Source of the DNA: Mobula hypostoma
Taxonomy: Eukaryota
DNA: 64,000 nt
Direction: 5' to 3'
NCBI RefSeq assembly: GCF_963921235.1
Contig: NC_086108.1
Coordinates: 83,640,001-83,704,000 of the forward strand
The notes under the pieces: model-generated
Told to the model about the DNA's origin: nothing
Databases searched by the model: none
Seen by the model: only the letters and a program-made list of their open reading frames with translations
Position numbers and translations under genes: made by a program
Shown: positions 63,628-64,000 of the stretch, in pieces
Position numbering within the stretch: position 1 is the first letter of the stretch
How the letters are laid out: every line of letters starts with the position of its first letter

Positions 63628-64000
63628 CTAGAGGTTGCCTCTCTGACTAGTGGAGTGCTGCAGGGACTGGTACTGGGTCTATTGTTGTTTGTCATCTATA
63701 CCAATGATCTGGATTGGATCAGCAAATTTGTGGATCACACCAAGATTGGGGGTGTAGTGGACAGCGAGGAAGGCTATCATGGCTTGCAGCAAGATCTGGA
63801 CCAGCTGAGAAAATGAGCTGAAAAATGACAGATAGAATTTAATGCAGACAAGTGAGAGGTGCATGCAAGCTCAGTTTCAACAGTTAAAAGAAGTTTGGAT
63901 AGATACATGTACGATAGGGATATGGAGGGCTATGATCCCAGTGCAGGTTGGTGAGAGTGGGCAGCTTAAATAGTTTGGCATGGACTATTTGGGCCAAAAG
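63628..64000 (+). mobile_element. CR1 RT 3' part (deleted)
   Basis: TSGVLQGLVLG, WISKFVDHTKIGG; 3' UTR GGCATGGAC..GGGCCAAA at the window edge. Confidence 0.88.

Overview
Vertebrate non-coding DNA, almost certainly from a cartilaginous fish and probably a ray. This is inferred from the repeat repertoire: abundant CR1, V-SINEs, Penelope-derived tails and Rex1/Babar. I found no host protein-coding exon, rRNA, tRNA gene or CRISPR array. The window is mostly nested, decayed mobile elements. (1) A ~9.6-kb Gypsy LTR retrotransposon (3191-12790) with both LTRs, a tRNA-Leu PBS, a PPT and gag-PR-RT-RH-IN, interrupted by three CR1 fragments; one of these ends in a ~24-copy 34-bp minisatellite made of its own RT motif. 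(2) Two IR/DR Tc1 transposons; the first holds a solo LTR that holds another solo LTR. (3) About a dozen CR1 copies, including one near full-length copy and one ORF1-only internally deleted copy. (4) Rex1/Babar, RTE, L1-like and L2 fragments, a hAT-Charlie transposase fossil, SINEs and four solo LTRs in total. (5) Penelope-derived tails carrying decayed minimal hammerhead-ribozyme motifs. Non-LTR insertions are strongly biased to the minus strand, consistent with a large intron of a plus-strand gene. All family names come from recognising motifs by eye. Ends are exact where TSDs are quoted and approximate elsewhere. I cannot demonstrate a wholly new biological system; the best leads are the hammerhead-bearing elements, the RT-derived minisatellite, the ORF1-only CR1 and the retrovirus-like LTR.
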